Source: Podarcis gaigeae (taxonomy: Eukaryota). Taken from it: a DNA stretch of 64,000 nucleotides. Within the stretch, counting starts at the first letter, position 1; each line of letters opens with the position of its first letter. The notes beneath the pieces are model-generated. The model had not been told where the DNA came from. It was given only the letters and a program-made list of their open reading frames with translations, and searched no databases. This document shows positions 49,226-61,735 of this stretch, one piece after another. Location: NCBI GenBank assembly GCA_964106915.2, contig OZ066923.1; one strand, written 5' to 3'. The position numbers and the translations under genes were made by a program.

Positions 49226-49610
49226 AAAGGTAAAGGTAAAGGACCTCTGACATTTAAGTCCAGTCGCAGACGACTCTGGGGTTGTGGCGCTCATCTTGCT
49301 TTACAGGCCGAGGGAGCTGGCGTTTGTCCGCAGACAGTTTTTCCAGGTTGTGGCCAGCATGGCTAAGCCACTTCTGGCACAATGGAACACCAAAACCAGA
49401 GCAGTGCACCGAAACACCATTTACCTTCATGCCGGAGCAGTACCTATTTATCTACTTGCACTTTTTTGGCGTGCTTTCGAACTGCTGGGTTGGTAGGAGC
49501 TGGGACCAAGCAATGGGAGCTCAGCCTGTCGCTGGGATTTGAACCGCCAACTTTCTGATCGGCAAGCCCAAGAGGTTCAGTGGTTTAGACCACAGCGCTA
49601 CCTGCGTCCT
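49226..49610 (-). mobile_element. Sauria SINE, full length, distinct variant
   Basis: TSD AAGTAATGTGTA (49214-49225 and 49611-49622). Confidence 0.93.
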
Positions 49611-49889
49611 AAGTAATGTGTACACGTTACTAATTATTCCACCTCCAGTGCACTTCCATCACTGGTGCTTGAAGGTGAGCGTACATGGCATTAGCAGCAA
49701 TCTGTATGCATCCATTGTATAAGTCTCCTGTGTTCTCTGTAGCTGAGCGGATGAGATGTTGGCTTTAAACTGGGGAGGCTTAGGTTCCGTCTTCCATCTG
49801 TCTTGAAGCTCACGGGGTAAGCAGTTCAACCTACCTCACAAGGCTGTTGTGTTCTTTGGAGCAGGAAAGGCATGTGTATCATCCTTAGT

Positions 49890-50150
49890 AGTAGTAGTAA
49901 TAACAATAACAATAACAATAATAAATAAATTAAATTAAATATTATTTAATTAGTTTTCCCAGCCACTCTGGGTGGCTTACAGCAGATCTAAAAACATACC
50001 GGTAATTAAAAACATCAAACATAGAAATTCTCCTGATACAGGGCTGCCTTCAGATGTCTTCTAAAAGTTTTGTAATTCTTTCTCTCCTTGACATCTGAAG
50101 GGAGGGCTTTCCATAGGGAGGGTGCCACCACCAAGAAGGCCCTTCTGAGC
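49890..50150 (-). mobile_element. L2 LINE 3' end with AT-rich repeat tail
   Basis: Minus-strand ORF has RAFLVVAPSLWKALPSDVKE...FRRHLKAALY. Confidence 0.88.
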
Positions 50151-51850
50151 TCCTTAGAGGAGGAAGGGGAAATACAAACCTTAATGACAATTGTTTGGAT
50201 TTGCCCTTTGTTCCTTTTCACTTAAGGAGGAAAACCTTAAAACTGCGAAGTGCCTGGCTTTTGTGGCTGCACCTGCACCTTGCCCTATGTTTTCCTTCAT
50301 TCTCCAATGCAAACTTTCCCCCTCCCCCTCGCCTTTTTATTTCATTTTATTAGCTAGGCTGCTGACAGGCTGCGTGCTGCTTCCCTGCATTGAATTTTAA
50401 TGGAGACATCACTCCTTCTTCAGCCTCTCTTGGAGTGGACAGGATATTCTTTGTTTGCGCTGTTTATTCTTGTCTGGCCTACTTGTAGCTCCTGGGCTGC
50501 TGCCTCCGAGTGGCCCACTTCTGCTGAATGGAAAATGGGGGCTGCGTTGGAGGGAGGGGTGGAAGACCAGGGAGCTTTGTCTCAATTTAGATTTCGGTCT
50601 GGCCGGGTTGAGCTGTTTTATGGCTGTCGGGAGGGTGGAGGCGGCAAAGTGGCAGTGGGTGGGTGAGACACAGAAAAGGCGACTCATTCCTCACCCCGCA
50701 TCTGCCAACCCCCCACCCCTCACCCTTTGATAAGCAAGTAAAGGAAAACAAACTGCTAAGTGCATGGAGTGGCTTGAAATCAACCCTGGTGTAATTTTGG
50801 AACTAGAACTCTGATTCTCCCAGGTTTGAGAGAGACAGGAGCTGTAGAAACTGGAAACCATAAACTGAATAGGTCTGTGAAGAGACAAATGATGAGTTGA
50901 AGGTATATTGTCTGCGGCCCTCGTTTTAATTACGGCTTGCAGAGATAGTAAAAGGCTTGCGTTGTGGTGTTGTGTTGCTTTTGGAGAGACAAACAGAATG
51001 GAAATTGAGGGGAGAGCACTTAACATGGCCCTTGTCTGGTATTTACACAGGCTGAAAAAAAAGGAAGCCGTGGCTGAGTTAAAAACAACAAATCCATTGG
51101 TTCCCCCATTTGGACAAGGGCCTGTACAAAAGGCTCATACTGAAACCTTTGCAAAATTGTGTGAACCGTCAGCTGCACTAGGCAAGCCATTCTCGCTTCT
51201 TTGTCATATATATTCATAATATAAAAAATACTGTTTCTAATTGATACATAGGGTATGAGAATGTATCTCAGTTCTAACAATATTCTTGGCTGGCTTGGTT
51301 GGAAAACGAGTGTGGAAACTGTGTTTCAAGAGTTAATCTGCTATCTCTACATTTTAGCAATACTGTATGTAGAGAAATCTGAATGCCCCACCATTGGTTT
51401 CACAGTGGAGATCCATTTGTGAAAACAAATACAACCAGGGGATACAACCCTGCAAAAGACCATTTCTAATTGTCTTGAAAATGAGGGTGCTTCACACTTT
51501 CAAACCCCAAATTCTTTGCAAGGAGGGGGGTGGAATTATGAGAATGGGAAAACAGGCAACAGTATATCCAGGCAGTATAATTTCATAAAGTAAAGTGCAA
51601 ATACCCATACTTATTATGTTTATTCCCAACTGACTTGTGAGGCTGATACTTTCACATGCAAATCCATTTTCTTATACAGTAGAGACACATATTTCAAAAA
51701 AGCTCTCTCTCTCTCTGTATATGTATATGTATATATATATGTATATGTGTGTATGTATGTATATATATATAGAGAGAGAGAGAGTCATATATAGTTATAT
51801 ATAACTAACATTTGTTGACAAGGTCCTTTGGGCAATTCACACAGAGTATA

Positions 51851-52092
51851 CAGTGGTACCTTGGGTTAAGTACTTAATTCGTTCCGGAGGTCCATTCTTA
51901 ACCTGAAACTGTTCTTAACTTGAAGCACCACTTTAGCTAATGGGGCCTCCTGCTGCTGCTGTGCCGCCGCCGTGCAATTTCTGTTCTTATCCTGAAACAA
52001 ACTTCTTAACCTAAAGCACTGTTTCTGGGATAGCAGAGTCTGTAACCTGAAGGGTATGTAACCTCAAGCGTATGTAACCTGAGGTACCACTG
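51851..52092 (-). mobile_element. Tc1/mariner MITE (37971 family)
   Basis: TIRs, TA TSD, opposite internal orientation to the 37971 and 44260 copies. Confidence 0.93.
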
Positions 52093-52178
52093 TATATGCA
52101 ATTAAAGCATTAGCATATTGATTTAATAATTGAAACATCAACATTATGCATTCTCAAGCTAAGATCATGAAATTGTGT

Positions 52179-52328
52179 TAGAACCATAGCATCATAGAAT
52201 TGGAAAGGACCATGAGGATCATCTAGTCCGTCCAACCATCTGCAATGCAGGAATCTTTCTGCCCGATGTGGGGCTCTCACCCACGACCCTAAGAGTAAGA
52301 GTCTCATGCTCTACCAACTGAGCTATCT
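52179..52328 (-). mobile_element. SINE with a tRNA-Lys(CTT)-like head and a CR1-derived tail
   Basis: Minus strand gatagctcagttggtagagcatgagactcttactcttagggtcgtgggtgagagccccacatcgggc is close to tRNA-Lys; same tail as 14846. Confidence 0.85.
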
Positions 52329-52629
52329 TGTTCTCAGCCCATACTTTGAGAGTAATCTTTCTCAAAGCCCTCTTCATGCGTTACTCAGTCAAAGAGGGAA
52401 GTTGAGGCGGGTTGGGGGGCAGTGGCAGCAGTCCCCACGGCTTCCCCCCAGCCCTACCATATGCTGGTGGGGCTGCCCGAGATGGGGAAGCCTCCATGCA
52501 TTTACACATTTACCTCTGTGCAGAGGCTTCCCCAGTTCTGAAGCCCTGGTTGTGCAAATTTCCAGAATCAGAGAAGCCTCTTGGACGTACAAAGCGCACA
52601 AAGGTTTCTCCAACATCTCCGATGGCCTA

Positions 52630-53091
52630 TGTGGCGTTTGCCTCCAAGGTGGGTCATAAGGAAAGGGTTAAATGCGTGTGATGTGATTGGCCAGAGAGAA
52701 ACTGATAGGAGGAGTTAGAGTGAGAGTTGAGCTGTGTGGAAGTCAGTTGAGAGTTGGGAGTTGGAGAAGAGGGAGAATAGTCTGTGTAGTGAGGGAGTGA
52801 GAGGAATTGTTAGGTGGAGTCAGATAGATAGTTGGAATAATCAGTTTGAAGTTGTTAGGAACGCATAGGACAGTTAAGGAACTACGATTAAGAAACCACC
52901 AAGAAAAATTAACTGAAACCATAAGCTTGTTCATGCCATAAATAAACTTGATTATTAGTTAATGTTAACAACTGTCTGGACTTCGTGTGTACCCGAGGGA
53001 AATGGGTTGGTGGCAGCGAAGAAAGCAATTACGGTGGTTCCACAGGGTCAGTAGACCGTCAAACGTCCGGGGACCCTGTGTGATCGCCACA
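52630..53091 (+). mobile_element. Probable solo LTR
   Basis: TGTGGCG...CGCCACA terminal inverted repeat (TG..CA), purine-rich body, AATAAA at ~52940; flanks GCCTA/GCCGT give only an imperfect TSD. Confidence 0.65.
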
Positions 53092-54791
53092 GCCGTGTTA
53101 ACACACTAAGGCATGAACAGTGGGAACAGGGTTGGGGTGGAAAGCTGTGTGCCAGGTGGGTGGTGCCCAAAGCGTGGCTCCTGAGCCCCTCTACTCACTT
53201 CCTCTCTTTTTGTGCATAATGCACAGAGGGCTCTGTACTGTCAGTTTTCATTCATTTTTTTTTGTGATGGCCAAACCTCAAACAACAGCAGCGCTTGTCA
53301 TCAGGAGGTTAATGAAGCGTGCACCGTAAATGCATTTCCAAAGGATGACTAAACACCTGCACCAAATTGCCCTGACTGTACTTGTGAAACTTGCTAGGTA
53401 GGTCGGGAACACATTTTTTAAAAATTGGATACTTTTTTTAAAAAAGAAAGCACGCTGCTGTGGAGTTAAAATTACTGTCAGCTCTGGTTTGCTGTAGAGA
53501 ACAGTCTTTATCCGGAAGCCAACAAATTTAGCTGAGACTTAACTTTGTTAGTGATGTCTAAACGCATTAACCATATGCTCCACGGCATATGGGTAAATAC
53601 GTATCAATTTATTTTCATTAGGATTTTATTGCAAGAAGTGCTGCTAAGCTGGGTGCTCCCAGTTTTACTGAAGTTGCTGCCACTAGCTTTGAGGGACAGG
53701 AGACTGAGCACCACTTCCTACTAGAATTAGAAGAGTGCTATGTTGGAACTGCCTCTGTGTGCTGCGGCAAAACATTTGGTGCATACTAGCTAACTGTATG
53801 CGCACCATTGTCTGTTCTGGCTGGCAGTGGCTTTCTGGGGTCTCTCTCTTTCCCATCAGCTGCAACCTTCTCCCTTAAAACGTGCTCAACTTGCAAAACG
53901 TAAGCGGAATAGTAAAAGCTACAATAATGCGATACATGCAACTTCCCATTTACTTAGGGGTTACATTCTGAGGCGCTGCGCGTTCAAGTGAAATTGCGTC
54001 AGGAATGCCGACTTGAATAAAGTGGGCGGTGGCAGTAGCAGGTAAGCCCCGCCAAGTGTAATTGATCACAAGACGTGGTGCATGGAGACCATTTGAATGG
54101 CAATGCTCATCAATCTTGGGAGGGGGCTCAAATATTTTATTCTGGGGGCTGAAAGGACCTGGGCCCCTAGGAGATGGCTCCTATGAATCGCATATATCGG
54201 GAACACTATTGAAAAAGCCTGCAAACATCCTCTAAACCTCTGGGAACCCTTGAAAACCCCTTTAAAAAACCCAGCAGCACTTACCAGATCTGCCAAACTC
54301 CACCACCATTGCTCCCTCCAAAGCTCCTTGCTCAAGCTCCCAACTCTCCACAGGACTCAATGGTTGGTGCAAAGGCTCTTGGGATTGCACTTGCAAAGGC
54401 TTGTGGGATTGCTAGGCACTGTTTTCATGCCATTTTGCTGCATTTGTGCCACTTGCGGGTTTGTGGTGATATGCGTGTGTGTGTGGTCGCACATGCCTTG
54501 AATGTGCACAAATGGAGAGTTGCGTGCAGGGTCAAGTCTGATCTTCCATAGTTGTGGTGGAATATCTGCAACCCTCCACATGTTGCGGGACACCAGCTCC
54601 CGGCATCCATGACTCTGGCCACACTGGCTTTGGTTGATGGGAGATGGAGTCTAGACAACATATAGGATGACACTGTTTCCCCATCCTGTTTTATATAATT
54701 CCAAGACCTGTAGCCCACAAATGCATACACTTTTTTGACGTATAAATACCAGACTTGCTTTCCTTGGTGTTATACCAATACCAGTCTATTA

Positions 54792-55286
54792 CCGTATTTT
54801 TACATGTATAAGACGCCCCCATGTATAAGATGACCCCTATTTTTTTAAACCCAAAATTAAGAAATTAAGTTGTTTCGCTTTTTGGGGCATGGGGGAGGTC
54901 ACTTCTGCCAATCGCTCATCCGCCTGCTTGCCGCTGCTGATAGCTTGCCACAGCCACTGCCGATCGCACACCTCGCTGCAGCCACCAATTGTCTGCCCGC
55001 TCGCCGCCACCAATAGCCCACCCTCCCACTTGCTGCAGCCGCCAGTCGCCTGCCTGCCTCGACACAGCCGCCAATCGCCTGCCTATTGCCGCAGCTACAG
55101 CCAACTGCCAGCAGGCCTTGCCATAGTCACCAATCACCCGCCCAATCGTCGCTGTCAATCTCTTGCTTGCTGCTGCCATTAATCGTACGTTCACCTCTGC
55201 ATTCACTATCCGTGTATAAGACAACACCTAATTTTTGCCTAATTTCTTTTAGCAAAAAGCATCATTTTATACACGGAAAAATATGG
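54792..55286. mobile_element. Tc1/mariner (pogo/Tigger-like) non-autonomous element
   Basis: TA|CCGTATTTTTACATGTATAA ... TTATACACGGAAAAATATGG|TA; repeated GTATAAGAC motifs; internal low-complexity gccaatcgcc repeats. Confidence 0.88.
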
Positions 55287-55960
55287 TAATTGTTTCTCAA
55301 ATATAGCCGGCACACTAGAGCAGGATGTGTGGCAGCAGGCAAGGGGAGAGCTGTGCAGGAAGAATATCTATGTAGCAAAGGAGACAGGAGGGTACTTCAT
55401 AATGGAGGAACTACAGGTGCCGTGACCTTTCTGCTGGAGGCCACCCCTTTAATAAAGAGCTCATGGTCAGAGTAAATTAAGGCATAGCTAGATTCTCATA
55501 TTTGGATTTATTTACATTTTTCATCACTCCTCCTTATGCTCCTTGTTTGCACCTTCCTGACCTCCATAAATACGGAGCCTTGCTTTTATGACACTTCATT
55601 TCTGGAAGAAGGTATAAAAAGAGGGAGAGACCAGAATGCCCAATTACACTGACCCTATGAATGGCGGTGGGAAAATTGGCTTTGCCACAGAGCCACAATC
55701 TGGAAAGTGCATGCGCTGCTGCAGAGTTAGTGCCTGCTAGCCTAATTAAGAATGCAATGCACTTTGGTCCCAATTATTCGATTAGTGCATGTTTTCTATT
55801 TCCACTTCGTTTCTCTTCATGCCCCATTTGAATGCATATCCCTGTCAACCAAGGCCCTAATGTGTCTTCTTGCTGAAGTCTCTAAATGCAGGTCTAATAT
55901 GTGTGGAGCCACGTTGCCTGTCAAAGGCTGCCCAGAGCTTGTCATGTAGATGCATGCTTA

Positions 55961-56138
55961 GGGGGAAGGACCATAGCTCAGTGGTAGAGCAAACACTTTG
56001 CATGCCAGAGGTCCCTGGTTCAATTCTTGGCGTTTCCAGATGGGACTAGAAATGTCTGAAACCCCAAAGAGCCACTGTCAGTCTGAGCTAAACGAACCAT
56101 TGTTTTCTGACTCAGCCTAAAGCATCTTCCTGTGTTCC
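55961..56138 (+). mobile_element. tRNA-derived SINE
   Basis: ccatAGCTCAGTGGTAGAGC (A box)...GGTTCAATTC (B box), no intact acceptor stem, followed by SINE body. Confidence 0.8.
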
Positions 56139-57915
56139 TTTCAGGCATCGCAAAATCAGCTGAGATCATCTTGAGTAGTTCATGTGACTGAATTTGTGGT
56201 ATCTTTTTTTAAAAAAATGTGGGGTGGGGAAATGAGGTAGCTGTTCTAAATACTGGTGAGCCTAGCAGGTCTGTAACAGTGTTCAAAACGCCTCATTAAC
56301 ATCTGCGCAGGATCTGTGCCAGATGAAGAAGAGGGAGGAGAGATGCTAGGAGCAGCTCTATGTTGGCAAGTGTGCAACTTCCATGACAGAGGAAAGAGTG
56401 TTATGCCTTAGGCTGAGCTGATTGCATGGAGCAGAACAGGTCAAGGGGCACTCGCCATTTCAGAAGACCGTTTGCTGGTCCAGGCTCTGCTGCTGATTCT
56501 GGTATAAACCGGCTACTCATGTGAACCGAGTATGCTCCCAAAATCCTTTGTGGGCAAGGGGGATCATGGGGCAGTTATTTAATTAACCTGATGCACCTGG
56601 AGGTGAAACATTTTTGATGCTACAAAAAGGGCATTTGGGACTTCCATTTAAATTTTTTTTTAATATGCCTACTCTGTTTATAGCTCAAATAGAGCCCTCT
56701 TGAAGGGAAATATTACCACAACGTTTAGAACACACATAATTCTCACATGCTAATAATAATAAAACCTTGGTTTTTTAAATTAAAAAATCATTTATTTGCT
56801 TGGTTTTATTTACATTCTCACAACTGGCGTTCTCAAACCATGAGTTCCTGAATGTTTTGCTAGGGAAGGTATAAGCTCCTCTTGAACTCATCATCCTCAG
56901 GCCAGCTCTTGTGTGTCACCACTGTTCCACAAGAAAATACGGCAAGCCTCCTCTTCTCTGAACCATCTCTGGGCCAAATGCTAAACACACAGCCTTTTGG
57001 CACGATAGCAATGAATTGACCCTCCCAATAGAGCTCTGTCAGAGAGAAGGCTGGAACCTTCACTTGACATGAGTATTGATAAGAAGAGCAGCTGATCTCT
57101 CCCATTAATGAGAACAGTATGAAATTAGGCTCATTAGAGGAGGCAACTAACCATTGCTTTGGACAGCAGGTTGAAAAAGCTGACTCTCGCAAGTCTGTAA
57201 TCAAAATGGATGTGGGAGGTGCAGCAACAGCAGCGATGACAGCTCCATGAAATCCTTCATGGTGAAGCTGCCACATGTAGCTGTCTGAAAGATAATGATA
57301 AATCCATTTCAGTGTTTGAAATGCCAGCTCCTTGGAGTCACCCCTTCCCCTCACCAAAGCAGGCGTGTTCCTATTTGTTTGAAGAAAGACAGTCCCTAAT
57401 TTCTGGAAAAATTACAGACCCTGGTTTATCTCCATTTTTGCATTGTTAAAATTGTTAATGGCAGCTGCTAGACTTCCCATTCTTTCGGGCTCAGTTTCTC
57501 TCCTACCACCACCCGCCTCAGGTCTCTGGAAAGTAAAAGCATCCTTTGTGCTTGGTAATGTAGTGGATGTCTTGAGTCAAAGAACAAGATGGCCTTGCCC
57601 AGAAGCTGACTGGACAGGCAGTTCAATCTTAACTTTCCACACTGGTGGTGAGGGCAGCAGGTAAGCTTAAGGGCAGGGCAGGACACACGCAACACATAGC
57701 CTGGTCCTCACTGCTGCCCCTCAGCATCTTCTGTCTGAGGGAGCTATCTCACCCTGCCAAATGGTAGGACTGGCTCTGTGCACCGCATTTCACCTCTGAT
57801 TCTTTTCCTGTGATATACACAAGGTAGCATTTGATGTCATGTCTGGACTATTTGTTATTTTGGGGACAGTCCTCCTCTCCCAACTTCTCCTCCTGCTTTA
57901 AATCACCGGTACAAC

Positions 57916-58249
57916 ACGGGTGGCACTGTGGGTTAAACCACAGAGCCTAGGGCTTGCCGATCAGAAGGTCAGTGGTTTGAATCCCCACGACGGGGTGAGC
58001 TCCTGCCAACCTAGCAGTTCAAAAGCACGTCAAAGTGCAAGTAGATAAATAGGCACCGCTCCGGCGGGAAGGTAAACGTCGTTTCTGTGCGCTGCTCTGG
58101 TTTGCCAGAAGCAGCTTAGTCATGCTGGCCACATGACCCGGAAGCTGTAGGCCGGCTCCTTCAGCCAGTAAAGCGAGATGAGCAACCCCAGAGTCGGTCA
58201 TGACTGGACCTAATGGTCAGGGGTCCCTTTACCTTTACCTTTACCTTTA
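57916..58249 (+). mobile_element. Sauria SINE
   Basis: Near full length; ~20-bp deletion between two gctcc microhomologies; (ACCTTT)3 tail. Confidence 0.93.
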
Positions 58250-58569
58250 GAACTGAATTTGAGGTCATTACGTCACATCAAACTTGCAGGTTTTAATGCC
58301 TTTTCAGTTCCGGCAACCAAAAAGCCACAAGAAAGGTAGGCCTTCGGGTGGATTGTTAAACCTGGTGGCTCCCCATATAAAAAGTGAACACACCCTGTTG
58401 ACAAATGCTAGCTGTAAATTACTAGTAACAAAGATAGAGCTGGTGTGCCAGGAAATGTTAGTGATCAATTTGAGGTGTTGTTGCATGATGAAAGAGTCTA
58501 GGTATGTTAATTTTTTTGTTTCCCTTTTTTAAAAAACAGCAATACTATTTAAATTTTAAAGATTTCAAA

Positions 58570-58790
58570 TTACAAGAAAGGAGATTCTGACTAAAAATTG
58601 GGAAGAACTTTCTGACAGTTAAGAGCTGTTTGGCAGCGAAACAGACACCCATGAGAAGGTGGCAGACTCTCCTTCCATGGAGTATTTTAAAGCAGAGGTT
58701 GGATGTCATATATGACCTAGTTGAGATTTCTGCATTGCAGGGGGCTGGACTAGATGACCATTGGCATTCCTCCCAATTCTACAATTCAGT
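58570..58790 (+). mobile_element. CR1 LINE 3' end
   Basis: ttacaagaaaggagattctgactaaaaattgggaagaactttctgac...gggggctggactagatgacc. Confidence 0.85.
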
Positions 58791-59837
58791 GAAAAGAGAT
58801 AGAAACAAAACAAAGTATTTGACATGATCCCCAAATAACCTGCTAAATTGCCAAAAGACCATTGGCCCTTTAAAGTTATCCTAAAATAGCCTGCTAAATT
58901 GTTTTATTGAGAGCGCAATTATCCATAAAGACATGTGCACGTGGTGTTTTTTTGATAATTAAAGTCAAGGAAGCAACATTATTGTATTACAGGTTGTGGA
59001 AAGACCACAGTGTTGAAATTATTCCAAAAGGTTTCCCGCAAAGCATAGCTATTTATGCAAACATTATTCCAGTATTCATTGTTACTCTGGAAATGATAGT
59101 ATCAGTGCATAGTTGCCAAATTGATGCTGGGGGGGGGGGGGAAACGACCCATATCTCTTAACAGTATCCAATATAGAGCAAGATTAATCAAAGGCATTAA
59201 GAGGTTTTTAGTTGATGTATGGCAAAATCTTGAGGCATTAGATTACAACCCATTCTGTCTCTTTTCATTTCATCGTGACCCGACACATTAAAATATTTGC
59301 TGCGAAATCAACTTTTAATTGAAGCAAATAATTTAAAATGCCCCGTATTGGGGCGGGGGGGGGAGGAATTCTTTTACATAATTGTTTGAGCTTGTATGCA
59401 CTTCCTTAACTTTGGACGTAAGAGAGATGGTGTGTAGTCAGACAGAAATCCATTGTCAGTAGATGAACTAACCTCACTCTAGTTCCTTTTGTGTGTGAAT
59501 CACAGGAAGGGCAACAGCACCTGGAATGTGGCTGGTTTTGCCCCTGATACCTATGTGTTAGTTATGGATGTCTATAAGGAAGAAGCCTACATGCATAGAA
59601 GGTGGGACCATAAGAGCAGCCTTCTGTATGAATGATTCCTCTTCATGTATGGTAGCATCTGAGAAAGGGTTGTTCAGGCTTCTACCCTTGGACCTGTTTT
59701 CATTGTAGGAAATTGGACCTTTCCATGTGGCAGAACCTACACTTTGACTCTCCGTGCCTATTGACATCAGGCAGGTACCTTCACTGTACCCAGCTTAAAA
59801 CATTTTGGTTTACGCAAGCCTATCCAGACACAGACAA

Positions 59838-60171
59838 GGGACGCGGGTGGCACTGTGGGTTAAACCACAGAGCCTAGGACTTGCCGAGCAGAAGGTTGGC
59901 GGTTCGAATCCCCGCGACGGGGTGAGCTCCCGTTGCTCGGTCCCAGCTCCTGCCAACCTAGCAGTTCAAAAGCACGTCAAAGTGCAAATAGATAAATAGG
60001 TACTGCTCTGGTGGGAAGGTAAACGGCGTTTCCGTGCGCTGTTCTGGTTTGCCAGAAGCGGCTTAGTCATGTTGGCCACATGTACGCCGGCTCCCTCGGC
60101 CAATAAAGCGAGATGAGCGCCGCAACCCCAGAGTCGGCCACGACTGGACCTAGTGGTCAGGGGTCCCTTTT
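59838..60171 (+). mobile_element. Sauria SINE, full length
   Basis: TSD TATCCAGACAC (59821-59831 and 60172-60182). Confidence 0.95.
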
Positions 60172-60946
60172 TATCCAGACACTTGGTGTGTTATTCTTTT
60201 TAGCTGCTGTTGCTTTTAATAGTCTTCTGAATATTTTTAAAAACCTACATGTCTTTAAATCGATAATTCTGATGTTTCGTTTTGTATTTTTGCAAACTAC
60301 CTTGAGGTTTTCTTGCAAAGAAGTGGTATTTTATTTATTTTCTTAAATAAATAAAATGACATCATGCCCCAGACTAAGCTGTGGACAAGAGTGGGCCGAA
60401 CAATTAGCCTGACATTAGGTGGTGCCTTCTGTTCTTTCTGCATTATTTTATGCCATGGCTGTTCTTTTTATGAAATTAACTACTGTAGGCAACAGCTTCT
60501 CTTGCCAGATGTAATCAGACCGCATGTGTGATCTTGCAGTAAGAGGATGCATTAATAACTCTCTATTTAACTACGTTTTGCCTCGTAAAATATCACACAC
60601 ATTGATGGTTGAATTCCCATCAAAGGGAAGCCCTCAGGATTTGTTTCTGTGAGTAATATTTCTGACCAGTGTTCTCAAACCAAAGCTTAAAGCTGGCGGT
60701 TTCCTACTCTCCCCCGGTGCAGCAACAAAGCAGAAGGCAGCAGATATCTATTGAGTTACTGATAGATCTCTGAAAAAGAGGAAATTCCATAATTCCAGGG
60801 GAGGCACTGAAAATGCTTCATGCTCTTTTCCTTGGCTACAATCCTGTGCCGCTTAATTGGGGGAAGGCTCGTTGCAATCAGTGGGACTTAGTTCTGAGTA
60901 GACATGGGTTTATGATGTTTAGTTATATAATTGATGCACTGTTATA

Positions 60947-61306
60947 AGGTAAAGGTACCCCTGCCCGTACAGGCCAGTCTTGACAGACTCTAGGGTTGTG
61001 CGCTCATCTCACTCTAGAGGCCGGGAGCCAGCGCTGTCCGCAGACACTTCCGGGTCACGTGGCCAGCGTGACGAAGCTGCTCTGGCGAACCAGCACCAGA
61101 GCAGCACACAGAAACGCCGTTTACCTTCCCGCTATAAAGCGGTACCTATTTATCTACTTGCACTTAAGGGTGCTTTCGAACTGCTAGGTGGGCAGGAGCT
61201 GGGGCCGAAGACGGGAGCCCACCCCGCCGTGGGGATTAGAACCGCCGACCATACGATCGGCAAGTCCTAGGCGCTGAGGTTTTACCCACAGCGCCACCCG
61301 CGTCCC
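60947..61306 (-). mobile_element. Sauria SINE, full length
   Basis: TSD TGATGCACTGTTATA/TGATACACTGTTATA (60932-60946 and 61307-61321). Confidence 0.95.
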
Positions 61307-61735
61307 TGATACACTGTTATATCCATGGCTAATTAACTGGACAAAATCTCCCATCACATCTCAGCTAGAAGCAGTTGTGGGCGTAAGAACCATGGTGTTG
61401 GTGAAGTGAATCTGACCTCTTCTTTTCACTGATTCTTCAATGCAGAGTCTCCCCCATCTCCCTGCTTTTTTAACCTTTGGGGAATACATGTTTGTAACTA
61501 ATGGGACAAATAGCAGCTGGAGGGGGGCTGGTTTGCTGCGGGAGCATGGCAAAGAGGAATGAGTTAAACCCAAGACAATTTCTCTCCATACACAGCTGCT
61601 TTTAAAAGAAATGTGAAGGGGGCAAAACTCCAATCAATGGGTGAATATTGTAGGGAAGTGGATCTTGACTAAGCTTCAGAAGAAACTTCTTAAGAAGAAC
61701 TGTTTTAGAGTGAAGCAGATGGCCTTGGGAGATAG

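Noticed and set aside
50400-50666. Hydrophobic ORF METSLLLQPLLEW... as an alternative signal-anchor exon
   Set aside because: Lies downstream of exon 2, shows no TBXAS1 similarity and has no convincing in-phase donor.
52602-52635. GFSNISDGLCG as TBXAS1 exon 3
   Set aside because: Too short, lacks a pyrimidine tract and GT donor, and overlaps the solo-LTR start.
55968-56040. Functional tRNA gene (also 14915-14989 and 52258-52328)
   Set aside because: Acceptor and T stems are broken and each continues into a SINE body or CR1 tail.
56860-57357. 165-aa minus-strand ORF
   Set aside because: No recognisable homology or splice context; antisense within an intron.
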